From NCBI GenBank assembly GCA_036676985.1, contig JAKFBU010000039.1:148845-212844 (forward strand): a stretch of 64,000 nucleotides of DNA, written 5' to 3'. The notes beneath the pieces are model-generated. The model was given only the letters and a program-made list of their open reading frames with translations. It had not been told where the DNA came from and did no database searches. The DNA comes from Candidatus Sericytochromatia bacterium. Its GTDB lineage: Bacteria > Cyanobacteriota > Sericytochromatia > S15B-MN24 > UBA4093. Positions 34,684 through 43,239 of the stretch are shown here, in pieces. The stretch's first letter is position 1; the number at the start of each line of letters is the position of its first letter. Made by a program: the position numbers and the translations under genes.

Positions 34684-35292
34684 TTACTGCTGGGGAACGG
34701 ACTGGGTCTGAGGCACGCCCAGGTTGATGACGGACCCGAGGCCGGTGCCGGCCTGCGCGAGGGCGCCCAGCTGGTCGAAGGAAGGAACCGAGTAGGTGCG
34801 GCCCTGGTTGGCGGCGATCTCGATGGCCTTGGCGGCGAGGGCGGCGTAGACGATGCCGCGCTGGATCTGGGCTCCGATGTCGCTGCCGGCGTAGCGAGAG
34901 AGCTCACCGGGGCTCTTGACGCCGGACTGGACGATCAGGTGCGCCCAGTCGGGCTGCATGCCGTTGATTCGCATCATATCGGCCATCTGGCCGTACTTGA
35001 CGAGGGATTCCTGCGGGATGCCGGTCAGGAAGGAAGCGATGGCACGGCGGAAGCCGCCGCCCGCGGCGAAGCGCATCATCCCGGGGCTCGCGAGGCCCCA
35101 GCGGTTGAGGCGACCGAGGTCCTGCTCGTTGCCGATGAGCCGGCTCATCAGGTAGAGGTTGGCGTCCGATTGAGCCGCCTGGACGGGCGCCTGCTGGGGC
35201 GCCGCGGTGACGCCGCCGCCCGCTTGAACGGCCTTGGCCGGGGCGGTACTGGCGATGCGCATGGCGTTGGGCGAGAAGCTCTGAATGGACAT
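34684..35292 (-). CDS. DUF4332-like helix-hairpin-helix protein
   Basis: ADMMRINGMQPDWAHLIVQSGVKSPGEL resembles the DUF4332 consensus. Confidence 0.55.
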   Translation of the reverse strand: MSIQSFSPNAMRIASTAPAKAVQAGGGVTAAPQQAPVQAAQSDANLYLMSRLIGNEQDLGRLNRWGLASPGMMRFAAGGGFRRAIASFLTGIPQESLVKYGQMADMMRINGMQPDWAHLIVQSGVKSPGELSRYAGSDIGAQIQRGIVYAALAAKAIEIAANQGRTYSVPSFDQLGALAQAGTGLGSVINLGVPQTQSVPQQ

Positions 35293-35467
35293 GGTCGTCC
35301 CCCCTATTGATGAGTGACTGGTCTTAACACCTCACAGACGTTATCGCGGAGGGGTGGAGGATCTTTCTTAGGGCGCGGTTAAGCTGCGGCTAACAATTGC
35401 CTAATGGGTGACGGATCCGGGTGGGAAGGTGGTAGGAGGGGCGGGAAGGGCGTAGGGACGCCGCGAA

Positions 35468-35497
35468 TTGACAACTGGCAAGGGAAGTTGATATTCT
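35468..35497 (+). promoter_or_regulatory. Sigma70 promoter of tRNA-Pro/tRNA-Gly
   Basis: TTGACA-N18-TATTCT. Confidence 0.7.
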
Positions 35498-35508
35498 GAA
35501 ACTCCTTT

Positions 35509-35585
35509 CGGGGCGTAGCGCAGCTTGGTAGCGCATCTGCTTTGGGAGCAGAGGGTCCTGGGTTCGAATCCCAGCGCTCCGACCA
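35509..35585 (+). tRNA. tRNA-Pro(TGG)
   Basis: Cloverleaf; anticodon loop TTTGGGA; GTTCGAATCC; CCA end. Confidence 0.97.
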
Positions 35586-35599
35586 TTTACCTAACCCGT

Positions 35600-35674
35600 G
35601 CGGGTGTAACTCAGTGGTAGAGTTCCTGCCTTCCAAGCAGGCTGTCGTGGGTTCGAATCCCATCGCCCGCTCCA
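35600..35674 (+). tRNA. tRNA-Gly(TCC), intact
   Basis: GCGGGTG...CCTGC-CTTCCAA-GCAGG...GTTCGAATCC...CGCCCGCTCCA. Confidence 0.97.
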
Positions 35675-35679
35675 AACAA

Positions 35680-35714
35680 GAGGCCCTGGCGTGATGCCAG
35701 GGCCTCCTTCTTTT
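35680..35714 (+). terminator. tRNA operon terminator (also repeated in array units)
   Basis: GAGGCCCTGGC-gtgat-GCCAGGGCCTC + T-rich tail. Confidence 0.75.
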
Positions 35715-35724
35715 CTCCGAGTTG

Positions 35725-35776
35725 GCGGACGGAATGTGAAACGAATGAAACAGATGAAACAAGGCTTGTTTCATGG
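35725..35776 (+). promoter_or_regulatory. Iterated TGAAAC binding-site motif (copy 1; others at 38066-38116 and 38865-38916)
   Basis: TGAAAC x3 at 9-bp period then inverted GTTTCA. Confidence 0.6.
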
Positions 35777-35802
35777 ACAATCAGGCAGGGAATATCCAGA
35801 AT

Positions 35803-36360
35803 ATGAGACCAGGACCCGTACTGCTTTCAGTTCTTGCCGTAGCCATCCTAAGTGGGTGTGGTGTTGTCAGGAATATTGCGGCATCGGCTCCCACGCCTCA
35901 AAGCCTTTCCTTTCGAACAGTAGCCCCAACTCCCGGATCTGGCAGCGATGTGCTCGACGGGATTCGCGCGTCTGGGCTAGTAGCACGTAGTCAGTCTGAA
36001 CTGGTTAGAGAGCTTGTAAATCGTAGATACGAGACAGAGCAAGTATCCGATAATCAAGCCTATGAGGCCTTTCTCAGCAAGTCGATTCCCACGTTAGATT
36101 TCTCAACAGAACAGGGCATTCTCGCTACTTTTGGCGCACAAGGTAACACGTGTTACCGCGGCGAAATTGTTTCTGTTGAAGAGCGTCAAGATCGAATCGT
36201 TGTACACACTGTTCTTTGGGCACCCCGCTACGGGCAAAGCTGCGGAGCGGCGATTGTCTATCCCTACCACTACGTTGCGATCCCGAAGTCGGCAAAACCA
36301 GTCGAATTTCGCGAACCCGTTAGAAAAGAAGTTCCCGGAGCCTGGTGGCAGATCTTCTGA
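35803..36360 (+). CDS. Lipoprotein with PrcB C-terminal-like domain (cassette 1)
   Basis: Lipobox LSGC; PTLDFSTE..ILATFGAQ...IVSVEE..DRIVVH...AIVYPYHYVAIP. Confidence 0.7.
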   Translation: MRPGPVLLSVLAVAILSGCGVVRNIAASAPTPQSLSFRTVAPTPGSGSDVLDGIRASGLVARSQSELVRELVNRRYETEQVSDNQAYEAFLSKSIPTLDFSTEQGILATFGAQGNTCYRGEIVSVEERQDRIVVHTVLWAPRYGQSCGAAIVYPYHYVAIPKSAKPVEFREPVRKEVPGAWWQIF

Positions 36361-36377
36361 TAAAGGTTGATTAAACG

Positions 36378-36785
36378 ATGTTCCGCCTAAAGTTCGCCGG
36401 GGCGATTGCTGCTGGCGTGCTCGTAACAAGTTGCAGCTTCCCTGCCTCTGGAGTGGTTGTTGGCACGATCACGCACCTTTCTGTCAAAGGGTATTTCGGG
36501 ACCAATGTGCCAGTAACCATTCGGGCAAGGGCAACCTTTCCTGGGGCTATCGACCATGCGTCTCTAACGACAGACGTTTCAGCTCGATCAGGTAACACGA
36601 TCCGGGTCATGGCCACAGCCAGTCGAGCCCAACATTTTCTTGGGCTTGGGGTTTTCCCCGTTGATACATCCAGCCCAAACAATACCGAGATAGAGACGAC
36701 AGTTAGCGTAAGTAGCCCTGGCGTATACGTAATTGAGGGATTGCAAGATGGAGCGGTCACGGCTTCCACTTCCTTCAGCATTTGA
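36378..36785 (+). CDS. Hypothetical lipoprotein (cassette 1)
   Basis: Lipobox VTSC; beta-rich; lower GC. Confidence 0.6.
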   Translation: MFRLKFAGAIAAGVLVTSCSFPASGVVVGTITHLSVKGYFGTNVPVTIRARATFPGAIDHASLTTDVSARSGNTIRVMATASRAQHFLGLGVFPVDTSSPNNTEIETTVSVSSPGVYVIEGLQDGAVTASTSFSI

Positions 36786-36829
36786 CTTGCCAGCAGTGCG
36801 GAAATGGCCTCGCTTTGCTGCGACACACA

Positions 36830-36926
36830 GCGGGTGTGCCACCGATGGTGGCAGCAAGCAACTCCGTGGTAGAGTTCCTGCCTTCCAAGCAGGCTGTCGT
36901 GGGTTCGAATCCCATCGCCCGCTCCA
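36830..36926 (+). repeat. tRNA-Gly-derived repeat R1: full tRNA + 22-nt hairpin insertion after nt 8
   Basis: GCGGGTGT[GCCACCGATGGTGGCAGCAAGC]AACTCCGTGG...CGCTCCA; one substitution versus the intact tRNA; terminator copy follows. Confidence 0.92.
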
Positions 36927-37076
36927 AACACGAGGCCCTGGCTTGATGCCAGGGCCTCGAACTATCTCCAGTTCAGTTCTATCGCGCGAAGGCTCCGTAC
37001 TTCGATTAATGAACAGAAAGCCTTATGGCGGGTAAGAAGAAAATAATCCCTATAGTCAACTGGAGTTAGAGCTCGT

Positions 37077-37916
37077 ATGGAAATCCGTGATGTCACCATT
37101 CCTGGCTTGTCAGGCGCTTTGGTAGACATGGACATAAACAGCACCGGCCGGCTCGCATATATATGTAAATCTTTAAACGGCTACTCAGTATTTGTAGATG
37201 GCGAGAAGGTAGATATTGGGCAAGGCGTTCCCTATGATATTCGCCTTCTCTCAAATGATGAATTCGTCTTGTTTTGCCACCACGGCGAATATATCGATAA
37301 ATATTATCGACTTGAAAGGTATCAAAAATCCGCTCATTTAGGCTGGCATAGCAATTGGTCCTGGAGTATTGACCCCCAGTACGAGAATATCACCTGTACG
37401 GATCGATGGATTGCCATCGGCTTTTCCGATATGAATAGAAAAGGCGTCTTGGCAATTCCTGACCATGGGCACTCCCTGGTTTACTATAATGACATATTCT
37501 GGGAAGAAGCAGTCCGCGGCGTCGAGATATACGCAATGTGTAAAGGGCCGCGGAATTCAATCTATTTTCATCCCTACACCGATTTTCAACTTGTGCAATG
37601 GAATCTTGATACGATGACCCAGGTCGTATGGGTAACACCTGAGGCGGTTCACGGATCAAATGCAGTTTCCGTAACGGATGGTACGGCCTACTTTTACTCG
37701 CCCTATGATGAAGAACAGTATGAGGGAGATGAATTCAACTGGAAAAACGTTAGAATAACTGAGATAAGGGAGCATTCGTTCTATTCCTGGGAGATTGGAA
37801 GCTCGGTAGTAAAAAAAGTTGGCGAGTACAAGCTGAACGGGTCCACAATTAGAGGCCTTCCGGGGGGACGATTCCTTGTTATTCATCGAGACTCGTACTC
37901 AATCATCGCGTTTTAA
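37077..37916 (+). CDS. Hypothetical protein, aromatic/beta-rich, low GC (cassette 2)
   Basis: 279-aa ORF filling the space between R1 and R2. Confidence 0.7.
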   Translation: MEIRDVTIPGLSGALVDMDINSTGRLAYICKSLNGYSVFVDGEKVDIGQGVPYDIRLLSNDEFVLFCHHGEYIDKYYRLERYQKSAHLGWHSNWSWSIDPQYENITCTDRWIAIGFSDMNRKGVLAIPDHGHSLVYYNDIFWEEAVRGVEIYAMCKGPRNSIYFHPYTDFQLVQWNLDTMTQVVWVTPEAVHGSNAVSVTDGTAYFYSPYDEEQYEGDEFNWKNVRITEIREHSFYSWEIGSSVVKKVGEYKLNGSTIRGLPGGRFLVIHRDSYSIIAF

Positions 37917-37919
37917 GAA

Positions 37920-38016
37920 TTGGGTATGCCACCTCTGGTGGCAGCTAGCAACTCAGTGGTAGAGTTCCTGCCTTCCAAGCAGGCTGTCGTGGGTTCGAAT
38001 CCCATCGCCCGCTCCA
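37920..38016 (+). repeat. tRNA-Gly-derived repeat R2 with 22-nt insertion
   Basis: TTGGGTAT[GCCACCTCTGGTGGCAGCTAGC] then tRNA nt 9-75 identical. Confidence 0.92.
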
Positions 38017-38225
38017 AATGCAAGCCCCCGAGCCAGTCTCGGGGGCTTCTTCGTTCTCCGGGCCAGTGGACGGAACGCGATACAAATAAAACAAATGAAA
38101 CTACTTTTGCTTCATCTGCTGTCAGGGGTACGGTTGAGGCGCCGAGGACAAGTACGGCCTCGTTTGTGACTTACTCTAGATTGGCCGTATGGCCTTATCC
38201 AAGGTAAACTTTCTTGGTCCCTCCG

Positions 38226-38657
38226 ATGGCCTTTGACGTGACGCCGCGCCTTGATGACAAGGGAATTACTTTGAAAACAGTTCGAGACCCGGCCGACGGG
38301 ATCCACAGCAGAATACAGAACGGCACGATATATTCCTGGAATGTAAAGGACCTCTGGGCGTTGGCGGCAAGGCTCCCCGTCTTTCAAATTGACCCACAAG
38401 CCGTCATAGATCTGGACAAAGATGGATGGTTCGTTGGCAAAGAGCCAGTACTTCGGCTGGTGCTAGAGCACGTTCGGCGAATCCAAGACGCCGATCTCTC
38501 CTATCCGGTTATTTTGGATGCTGATGGGTCGATAATGGATGGAGCCCATCGTGTGGCCAAGGCAATCCTTGAAGGACGTCAGACGATTGACGCCGTTCAG
38601 TTTCGATATCTTCCTCCTCCATCTCGAACTGCGCTGGTAGCTGGCCAGGACAATTGA
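38226..38657 (+). CDS. ParB/Srx-like domain protein (cassette 3)
   Basis: DLSYPVILDADGSIMDGAHRVAKA matches the ParB N-terminal DGxHR motif; start uncertain (38214/38226). Confidence 0.65.
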   Translation: MAFDVTPRLDDKGITLKTVRDPADGIHSRIQNGTIYSWNVKDLWALAARLPVFQIDPQAVIDLDKDGWFVGKEPVLRLVLEHVRRIQDADLSYPVILDADGSIMDGAHRVAKAILEGRQTIDAVQFRYLPPPSRTALVAGQDN

Positions 38658-38720
38658 CTTTAGCTTTCGGCTCATCAGTGGCGGAATTCCTGACATAGTA
38701 GAAGCATGGTCTGGATGTCA

Positions 38721-38816
38721 GCACGTGTGCCGCGACGGTGCCTGCGAGCACCTCAGTAGAGTAATTCCAGCCTTCCAAGCAGGCTGCGGTGGGTTCGAAT
38801 CCCTTCGCCCGTTCCA
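38721..38816 (+). repeat. Degenerate tRNA-Gly-derived repeat R3
   Basis: GCACGTGT[GCCGCGACGGTGCCTGCGAGC]ACCTCAGTAGAG...CCTTCCAAGCAGG...GTTCGAATCCCTTCGCCCGTTCCA; terminator and TGAAAC motif follow. Confidence 0.88.
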
Positions 38817-38997
38817 AACACGAGGCCCTGGCGTTTGCCAGGGCCTCCCTCTATTCGCCAAAATGCGGACGGAAAATGAAACGAATGTAACAGATGATAC
38901 GGGGCATGTTTCATGGCTCATGTGATCTATTCTGTTATCAGGCTGCGCGATATTTACATCAGTCATATCAAACAATCGCTGAGGGCTCATAAACGCT

Positions 38998-39543
38998 ATG
39001 CAAGCAAAACACCTCTTACTCCCGGTGGTCTGCATTTCGCTACTCTCCGGCTGCGGAATGGTTCGTAATATTGCGGGGGCAAGCCCGCTCGCTCCATCTA
39101 TCTCTTTCCGGGTTGTATCACCTGCCAGTAGCCACACAGGCCGTTTCAACATTCGTGCGCAGAACCACGTCTTTAGAACCCAGCAAGAAGTCGATAGCTT
39201 CCTCGCTACTGTGCCTGTAACCGCATTCGACGGCAATGGAAACCAGGTTAGTGAAACTCTCCCCGCTATCGATTTTTCAAAAGAAGTCGGAATTCTTGTG
39301 CTCTTTGGTGCCCAATCCGACGGAGGCTACAGCGGCGATATCTCCGCGATTGAAGAGAAGCAAGACCGATTGATCGTCCATCCGCTCCTCTGGACTCATA
39401 GTAATGAGCCTGGCGTAGGCTACACGATGGCCATCGTTTACCCCTACAAATATGTAGCAATCCCAATTAGTTCCAAGCCCATCGAGTTTGCTTCCACCGT
39501 TGATCGCCCACGCCCCAGTCCCTGGTGGTCGATCTTCTATTAG
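38998..39543 (+). CDS. Lipoprotein with PrcB C-terminal-like domain, paralog of 35803 (cassette 4)
   Basis: LSGCGMVRNIA; PAIDFSKE..LFGAQSDGGY...AIVYPYKYVAIP; WWSIF end. Confidence 0.72.
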   Translation: MQAKHLLLPVVCISLLSGCGMVRNIAGASPLAPSISFRVVSPASSHTGRFNIRAQNHVFRTQQEVDSFLATVPVTAFDGNGNQVSETLPAIDFSKEVGILVLFGAQSDGGYSGDISAIEEKQDRLIVHPLLWTHSNEPGVGYTMAIVYPYKYVAIPISSKPIEFASTVDRPRPSPWWSIFY

Positions 39544-39547
39544 GCTG

Positions 39548-39644
39548 GCGGGTGTGGCACCTATGGTAGCAGTAAGCAACCCAGTGGTAGCGTTCCTGCC
39601 TGCCAAGCAGGCTGTCGTGGGCCGGAATCCCATCGCCCGCTCCA
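39548..39644 (+). repeat. tRNA-Gly-derived repeat R4 (anticodon position reads GCC, T-loop mutated)
   Basis: GCGGGTGT[GGCACCTATGGTAGCAGTAAGC]AACCCAGTGG...CTGCCAA...GGCCGGAATCCCATCGCCCGCTCCA. Confidence 0.9.
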
Positions 39645-39782
39645 TTTCAAAGCCTCAGCTTGATGCCCAGGCCTCGTGTTTGGAGCGAACAACAACCATC
39701 GTATAGACGTGTTGACACGAACATAAAATCATCGTAATGTCTACTGTCTCCCAATCACGACTATGCAGACAGGGACGTAACG

Positions 39783-40151
39783 ATGCATAAGAAAATGACT
39801 GTCCTCGGCCTTTGCTTGACCACCGGCCTCCTGCTGAGCGGTTGCATTTCGACGCAAAAAATGCAGTTCGACCGTGCATTTGACCCTACCGCCGGAGACA
39901 GCCGGAATGTGGAGGTCCTCGACAGTGCCAACGTCAAGCGCTCCTATAAGGTTATCGGCATCGTTGAGGCGGATGCAGTTGCCGACTACGGATTGAACAA
40001 CGTACTGTCGGCCTTGAAACTAGAGGCCAAAAAGATGGGCGGACAGGCCGTCATTGATGTGCAGCGTGTCCCAATGTACTCCAAAACGTTTTGGGATGGC
40101 TTGTTCCCGAGTGGCCAGCGCTGGAGCGGCAAGGTCATTACCTGGGAATAG
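39783..40151 (+). CDS. Small lipoprotein, YbjQ-like fold (cassette 5)
   Basis: Lipobox LSGC; YKVIGIV...LKLEAKKMGGQAVI; own TTGACA at 39712. Confidence 0.65.
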   Translation: MHKKMTVLGLCLTTGLLLSGCISTQKMQFDRAFDPTAGDSRNVEVLDSANVKRSYKVIGIVEADAVADYGLNNVLSALKLEAKKMGGQAVIDVQRVPMYSKTFWDGLFPSGQRWSGKVITWE

Positions 40152-40173
40152 TTCACCGATTCCATCGTCCAAG

Positions 40174-40262
40174 CCTGCCTACATAGCAGGCTGTCGTGCG
40201 ATCTCGCACCAAGCAAGAGGCCCTGGCTTGATGCCGGGGCCTCTTGCTTGGAGCGGGCGATG
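40174..40262 (+). repeat. Highly degenerate tRNA-Gly repeat R5 + terminator + inverted tRNA 3' end
   Basis: CCTGCCTACATAGCAGGCTGTCGTG, GAGGCCCTGGCTTGATGCCGGGGCCTC, then TTGGAGCGGGCGATG (reverse complement of the tRNA 3' end). Confidence 0.8.
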
Positions 40263-40404
40263 AGGGAAACAAACTGAGCAGGCTCCCCCTGCACGCTTGA
40301 GTAAGCTTTCCACGAAATTAGGGTAACCTGTCTAGTACGTGCTCGCAGCGGGTGGGTGGACAGCCAGAGACGCGCCCGAGCTCGAGACGTAGAGGAGGGC
40401 CACG

Positions 40405-40893
40405 ATGACGAAGTCCAGGATCTGCCTGTGGTATGACCGTGACGCGGAGGAAGCTGCACGCTTCTACGCCCAAACCTTTCCCGATAGCACGGTCGGCGCG
40501 GTGCAGCGAGCGCCCTCGGACTTCCCGAGCGGCAAGGCAGGCGACGTGCTGACGGTCGAGTTCACGGTCTGTGGGCTGCCTTGCCTGGGCCTCAATGGCG
40601 GGGACGCGTTCCCGCAAACCGAAGCGTTCTCCTTTCAAATCGAGACGGAGGACCAGGCGGAGACCGACCGCTATTGGAACGCGATCGTCGGAAACGGCGG
40701 TGAGGAGAGCGCGTGTGGCTGGTGCAAGGACAAATGGGGCGTGTCCTGGCAGATCACGCCGCGTATCCTGACGGAGGCGATGGCCCAAGGGGGCGACGTC
40801 GCGAAGCGCGCGTTTGAGGCGATGATGGAGATGCAAAAGATCGACGTCGCCAAAATCGAGGCGGCGGTGCGCGGCGAGACCGAGTCGAAATAA
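40405..40893 (+). CDS. VOC/PhnB-family protein (3-demethylubiquinone-9 methyltransferase-like domain)
   Basis: CLWYD..AEEAARFY, LNGG, CGWCKDKWGVSWQI, MQKID. Confidence 0.9.
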   Translation: MTKSRICLWYDRDAEEAARFYAQTFPDSTVGAVQRAPSDFPSGKAGDVLTVEFTVCGLPCLGLNGGDAFPQTEAFSFQIETEDQAETDRYWNAIVGNGGEESACGWCKDKWGVSWQITPRILTEAMAQGGDVAKRAFEAMMEMQKIDVAKIEAAVRGETESK

Positions 40894-41168
40894 ATCACCC
40901 GACTCCCGTATCGAAGCCTCGGCCTTGCGCCGGGGCTTCGGTGTTTCTCCGACCAAATGTGACCCGTTAAGGCCGTGACTCAAGAAGGCGCGAAGCGATC
41001 GGCTCGCTCAAAGGCAAATCGCTCACCGGAAAGTGCTTGTGGAAAGCATCCCATGACTGTTGGTAGAAGCACCGTTGAACGAAGAACGCTTGCCTGGCAG
41101 CATATCGAAAGGCCTCGTTTGATGTGCCATTTGCTTGGCACGGCGCGATAGCAAGAGGGAGCGAAGCG

Positions 41169-41867
41169 ATGAATCACAACCTCGGCAGCATCCTGATGAT
41201 GGGGCTCATCTTCTGTCCACTGGTGCTCACGGGTTGCTTGACCGCGCCTTCGGCCACGACGCTGTTTCAGCATGACACCTCACGATCGGCCCCGGACGGC
41301 TATCAGGTAGCCGCCATCCGCAGCTTCTCCAAGCACAAGGGCGACTACCTTCCGGCGCATAACTTCAAACTAGAGATGGATGCGGTCGTGGTCGGCTCGT
41401 TCCAGAACGCCCAGGGAGTCCCACGATCGCCTGTCCTTCAAGAGGCTGATTGGCCGGCAATCGACCTGCGAACCGGTGGGTTCAAAGAGGTCAGCGGACT
41501 CGAGGCGGAAGTGGAAGTCATCGAGTACCGGAACGGTGACGATCCCATCACTCACAAACGCGCCGGTAAGGCCAAGTATAAGAACATCACCCTCAAACGG
41601 GGTCAATTCAGCGATCCTTCGGTAGCCGACTGGCTTAAAAAGGTCCTCGCTGGAACAACGGACCGTAAAAGTGGCAGCATTATCTACCTCGACCGCGAGG
41701 GGAGCGAGATATTACGCTATAACTTCTTCGAGGCATGGCCAGTCCGCTGGAAAATCGCCAATCGGGACAGTCAAGCCATCGTTGAGATTGAGTTTGCGGT
41801 GGAACGAATTGAGCCAGCCGGCAAAGCCCTGCCTGGTGATCCGATTCCCGGAATCGATGTTCGTTAG
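41169..41867 (+). CDS. T4-gp19-like / eCIS tail-tube domain fused to a lipoprotein signal
   Basis: Lipobox LTGC; FKEVSGLEAEVEVIEYRNG...KYKNITLKRG...W...RKSGSIIYLD...RYNFFEAWPVRW. Confidence 0.82.
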   Translation: MNHNLGSILMMGLIFCPLVLTGCLTAPSATTLFQHDTSRSAPDGYQVAAIRSFSKHKGDYLPAHNFKLEMDAVVVGSFQNAQGVPRSPVLQEADWPAIDLRTGGFKEVSGLEAEVEVIEYRNGDDPITHKRAGKAKYKNITLKRGQFSDPSVADWLKKVLAGTTDRKSGSIIYLDREGSEILRYNFFEAWPVRWKIANRDSQAIVEIEFAVERIEPAGKALPGDPIPGIDVR

Positions 41868-42009
41868 AGCATAACTTAGCGTTCTCAGACGCTCGACCCG
41901 ATAGAGAAATGGACTTTCCACGGGAATTCCACCCGAAGGCCCGATCGGGCATTTGTGGCAGCCGTCCTCATTTTGAAGTGGTTCGCGATGCGATGAGCGC
42001 TCCACAGAC

Positions 42010-42195
42010 CTACAGCACTGGTCGCCCGAGAACAGTGCCACGGGGCTTGAGCGGATTATCTGGCTTGCCAATCTGAATTCCCTGGGTGTTATCCAAAAAA
42101 GCAAGCAATAATCCCATGGCCAAGATGGCACTCGCAACTATCAGCAAGCTCTTAAGAGGGTTGCGAACAAAGAAGTCTGCAAATCGTTTCATCAC
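42010..42195 (-). CDS. Small single-TM hypothetical protein
   Basis: 61 aa, one hydrophobic helix, AGGA RBS. Confidence 0.45.
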   Translation of the reverse strand: MMKRFADFFVRNPLKSLLIVASAILAMGLLLAFLDNTQGIQIGKPDNPLKPRGTVLGRPVL

Positions 42196-42280
42196 TTTTC
42201 CTATTGCACTTCATACGACTCCTGCTACTTGGAGTATTTGAGGCGGCGCGTGCTACGGAGTTAATTCTATTAATCGGGGT

Positions 42281-42374
42281 CGGGTGTGTACATCCCCAAT
42301 GGTGGCAGCAAGCAGGTCGAATCCCATCGCCCGCTCTCCCCCTCGAGGCCCCGACGTAACGCCGGGGCCTCGAG
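42281..42374 (+). repeat. Internally deleted tRNA-Gly repeat R6 + hairpin
   Basis: CGGGTGTG...ATGGTGGCAGCAAGCA joined to GGTCGAATCCCATCGCCCGCTC; GAGGCCCCG..CGGGGCCTC hairpin. Confidence 0.82.
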
Positions 42375-42534
42375 CCTTTGCCACTCCAACGAAAAACGGG
42401 GGGAAATATTTCTCGCCGATTGACCTAGGACGGTCACGGTCAACCAGCTATCACAAGACCAAAGACCCGCTCCTGTCCCCCGATTGGCCGCCCGGCGCAA
42501 ACTTGGATCCCGGGCGAGAAAGGGGATACTCCCC

Positions 42535-43239
42535 ATGGCGACCGAACCAATCAAATTGACGCCCGGCAGGCTCACCGCCACGATTCTCTACCTCCTGGCC
42601 TACCCCTTCTTGATCTTGGGCCTGGGAGGCGACAGGAAATGGGCCGAGGGCTGGATCTTCAGCACCTGGTTCGTGACGTTCTGCATCGCGACCATCGTCT
42701 ACCTCTACTTCAACGATCCCGCCCTGCTCGCCGAGCGTTACCGCCGGCCGGGAAAAGACAGTGGCGAACAGACGTGGGACCGGTACTTCATCTATGCCAT
42801 CGGCATCTTCTTCATGGCTTGGTTCGTCGTGATGCCGCTGGATGCCCGGAGATTCGACTGGTCCCCGGATTTCCCCCTCTGGCTCGTCTTGACCGGAGCC
42901 CTGTTGCTGGCAGGAGCGACCTACTTCATGTTTCGCGCCTATTCGGACAACACGTATCTGTCCCCTCTGGTCAGGATCCAGGCCGAACGTCAGCAGCGAG
43001 TGGTTTCAACGGGGGTCTACGGCTTCGTGCGGCACCCCATGTACCTGGGAGCCATTTGCCTGATGCTGGGGGCCCCCCTGTTTCTGTCGTCACTCGGCGG
43101 CCTCGCGATCGGCGTGCTCATGGTCGCCCTATTGATCGCTCGTATCGTCGGTGAAGAACAGGTGCTCGTCTCCGGACTGGAAGGCTACCAAGAGTACCGG
43201 AACAAGGTGAAGTACCGACTGATTCCGCACATTTGGTAA
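42535..43239 (+). CDS. Isoprenylcysteine carboxyl methyltransferase (ICMT/Ste14) family membrane protein
   Basis: VVSTGVYGFVRHPMYLG, RIVGEE..L, Y..Y...VKYRLIP. Confidence 0.88.
   Translation: MATEPIKLTPGRLTATILYLLAYPFLILGLGGDRKWAEGWIFSTWFVTFCIATIVYLYFNDPALLAERYRRPGKDSGEQTWDRYFIYAIGIFFMAWFVVMPLDARRFDWSPDFPLWLVLTGALLLAGATYFMFRAYSDNTYLSPLVRIQAERQQRVVSTGVYGFVRHPMYLGAICLMLGAPLFLSSLGGLAIGVLMVALLIARIVGEEQVLVSGLEGYQEYRNKVKYRLIPHIW

Noticed and set aside
36830-39644. R1-R4 as functional tRNA-Gly genes (including a GCC isoacceptor at R4)
   Set aside because: The insertion after nt 8 plus acceptor, D-loop or T-loop mutations break the canonical cloverleaf
41169-41867. Prophage or complete eCIS locus
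   Set aside because: No sheath, baseplate, capsid, terminase or integrase genes in the window
35600-42374. Repeat-spacer pattern as a CRISPR array
   Set aside because: Repeats are ~97-nt tRNA derivatives, spacers are gene-sized, and there are no cas genes
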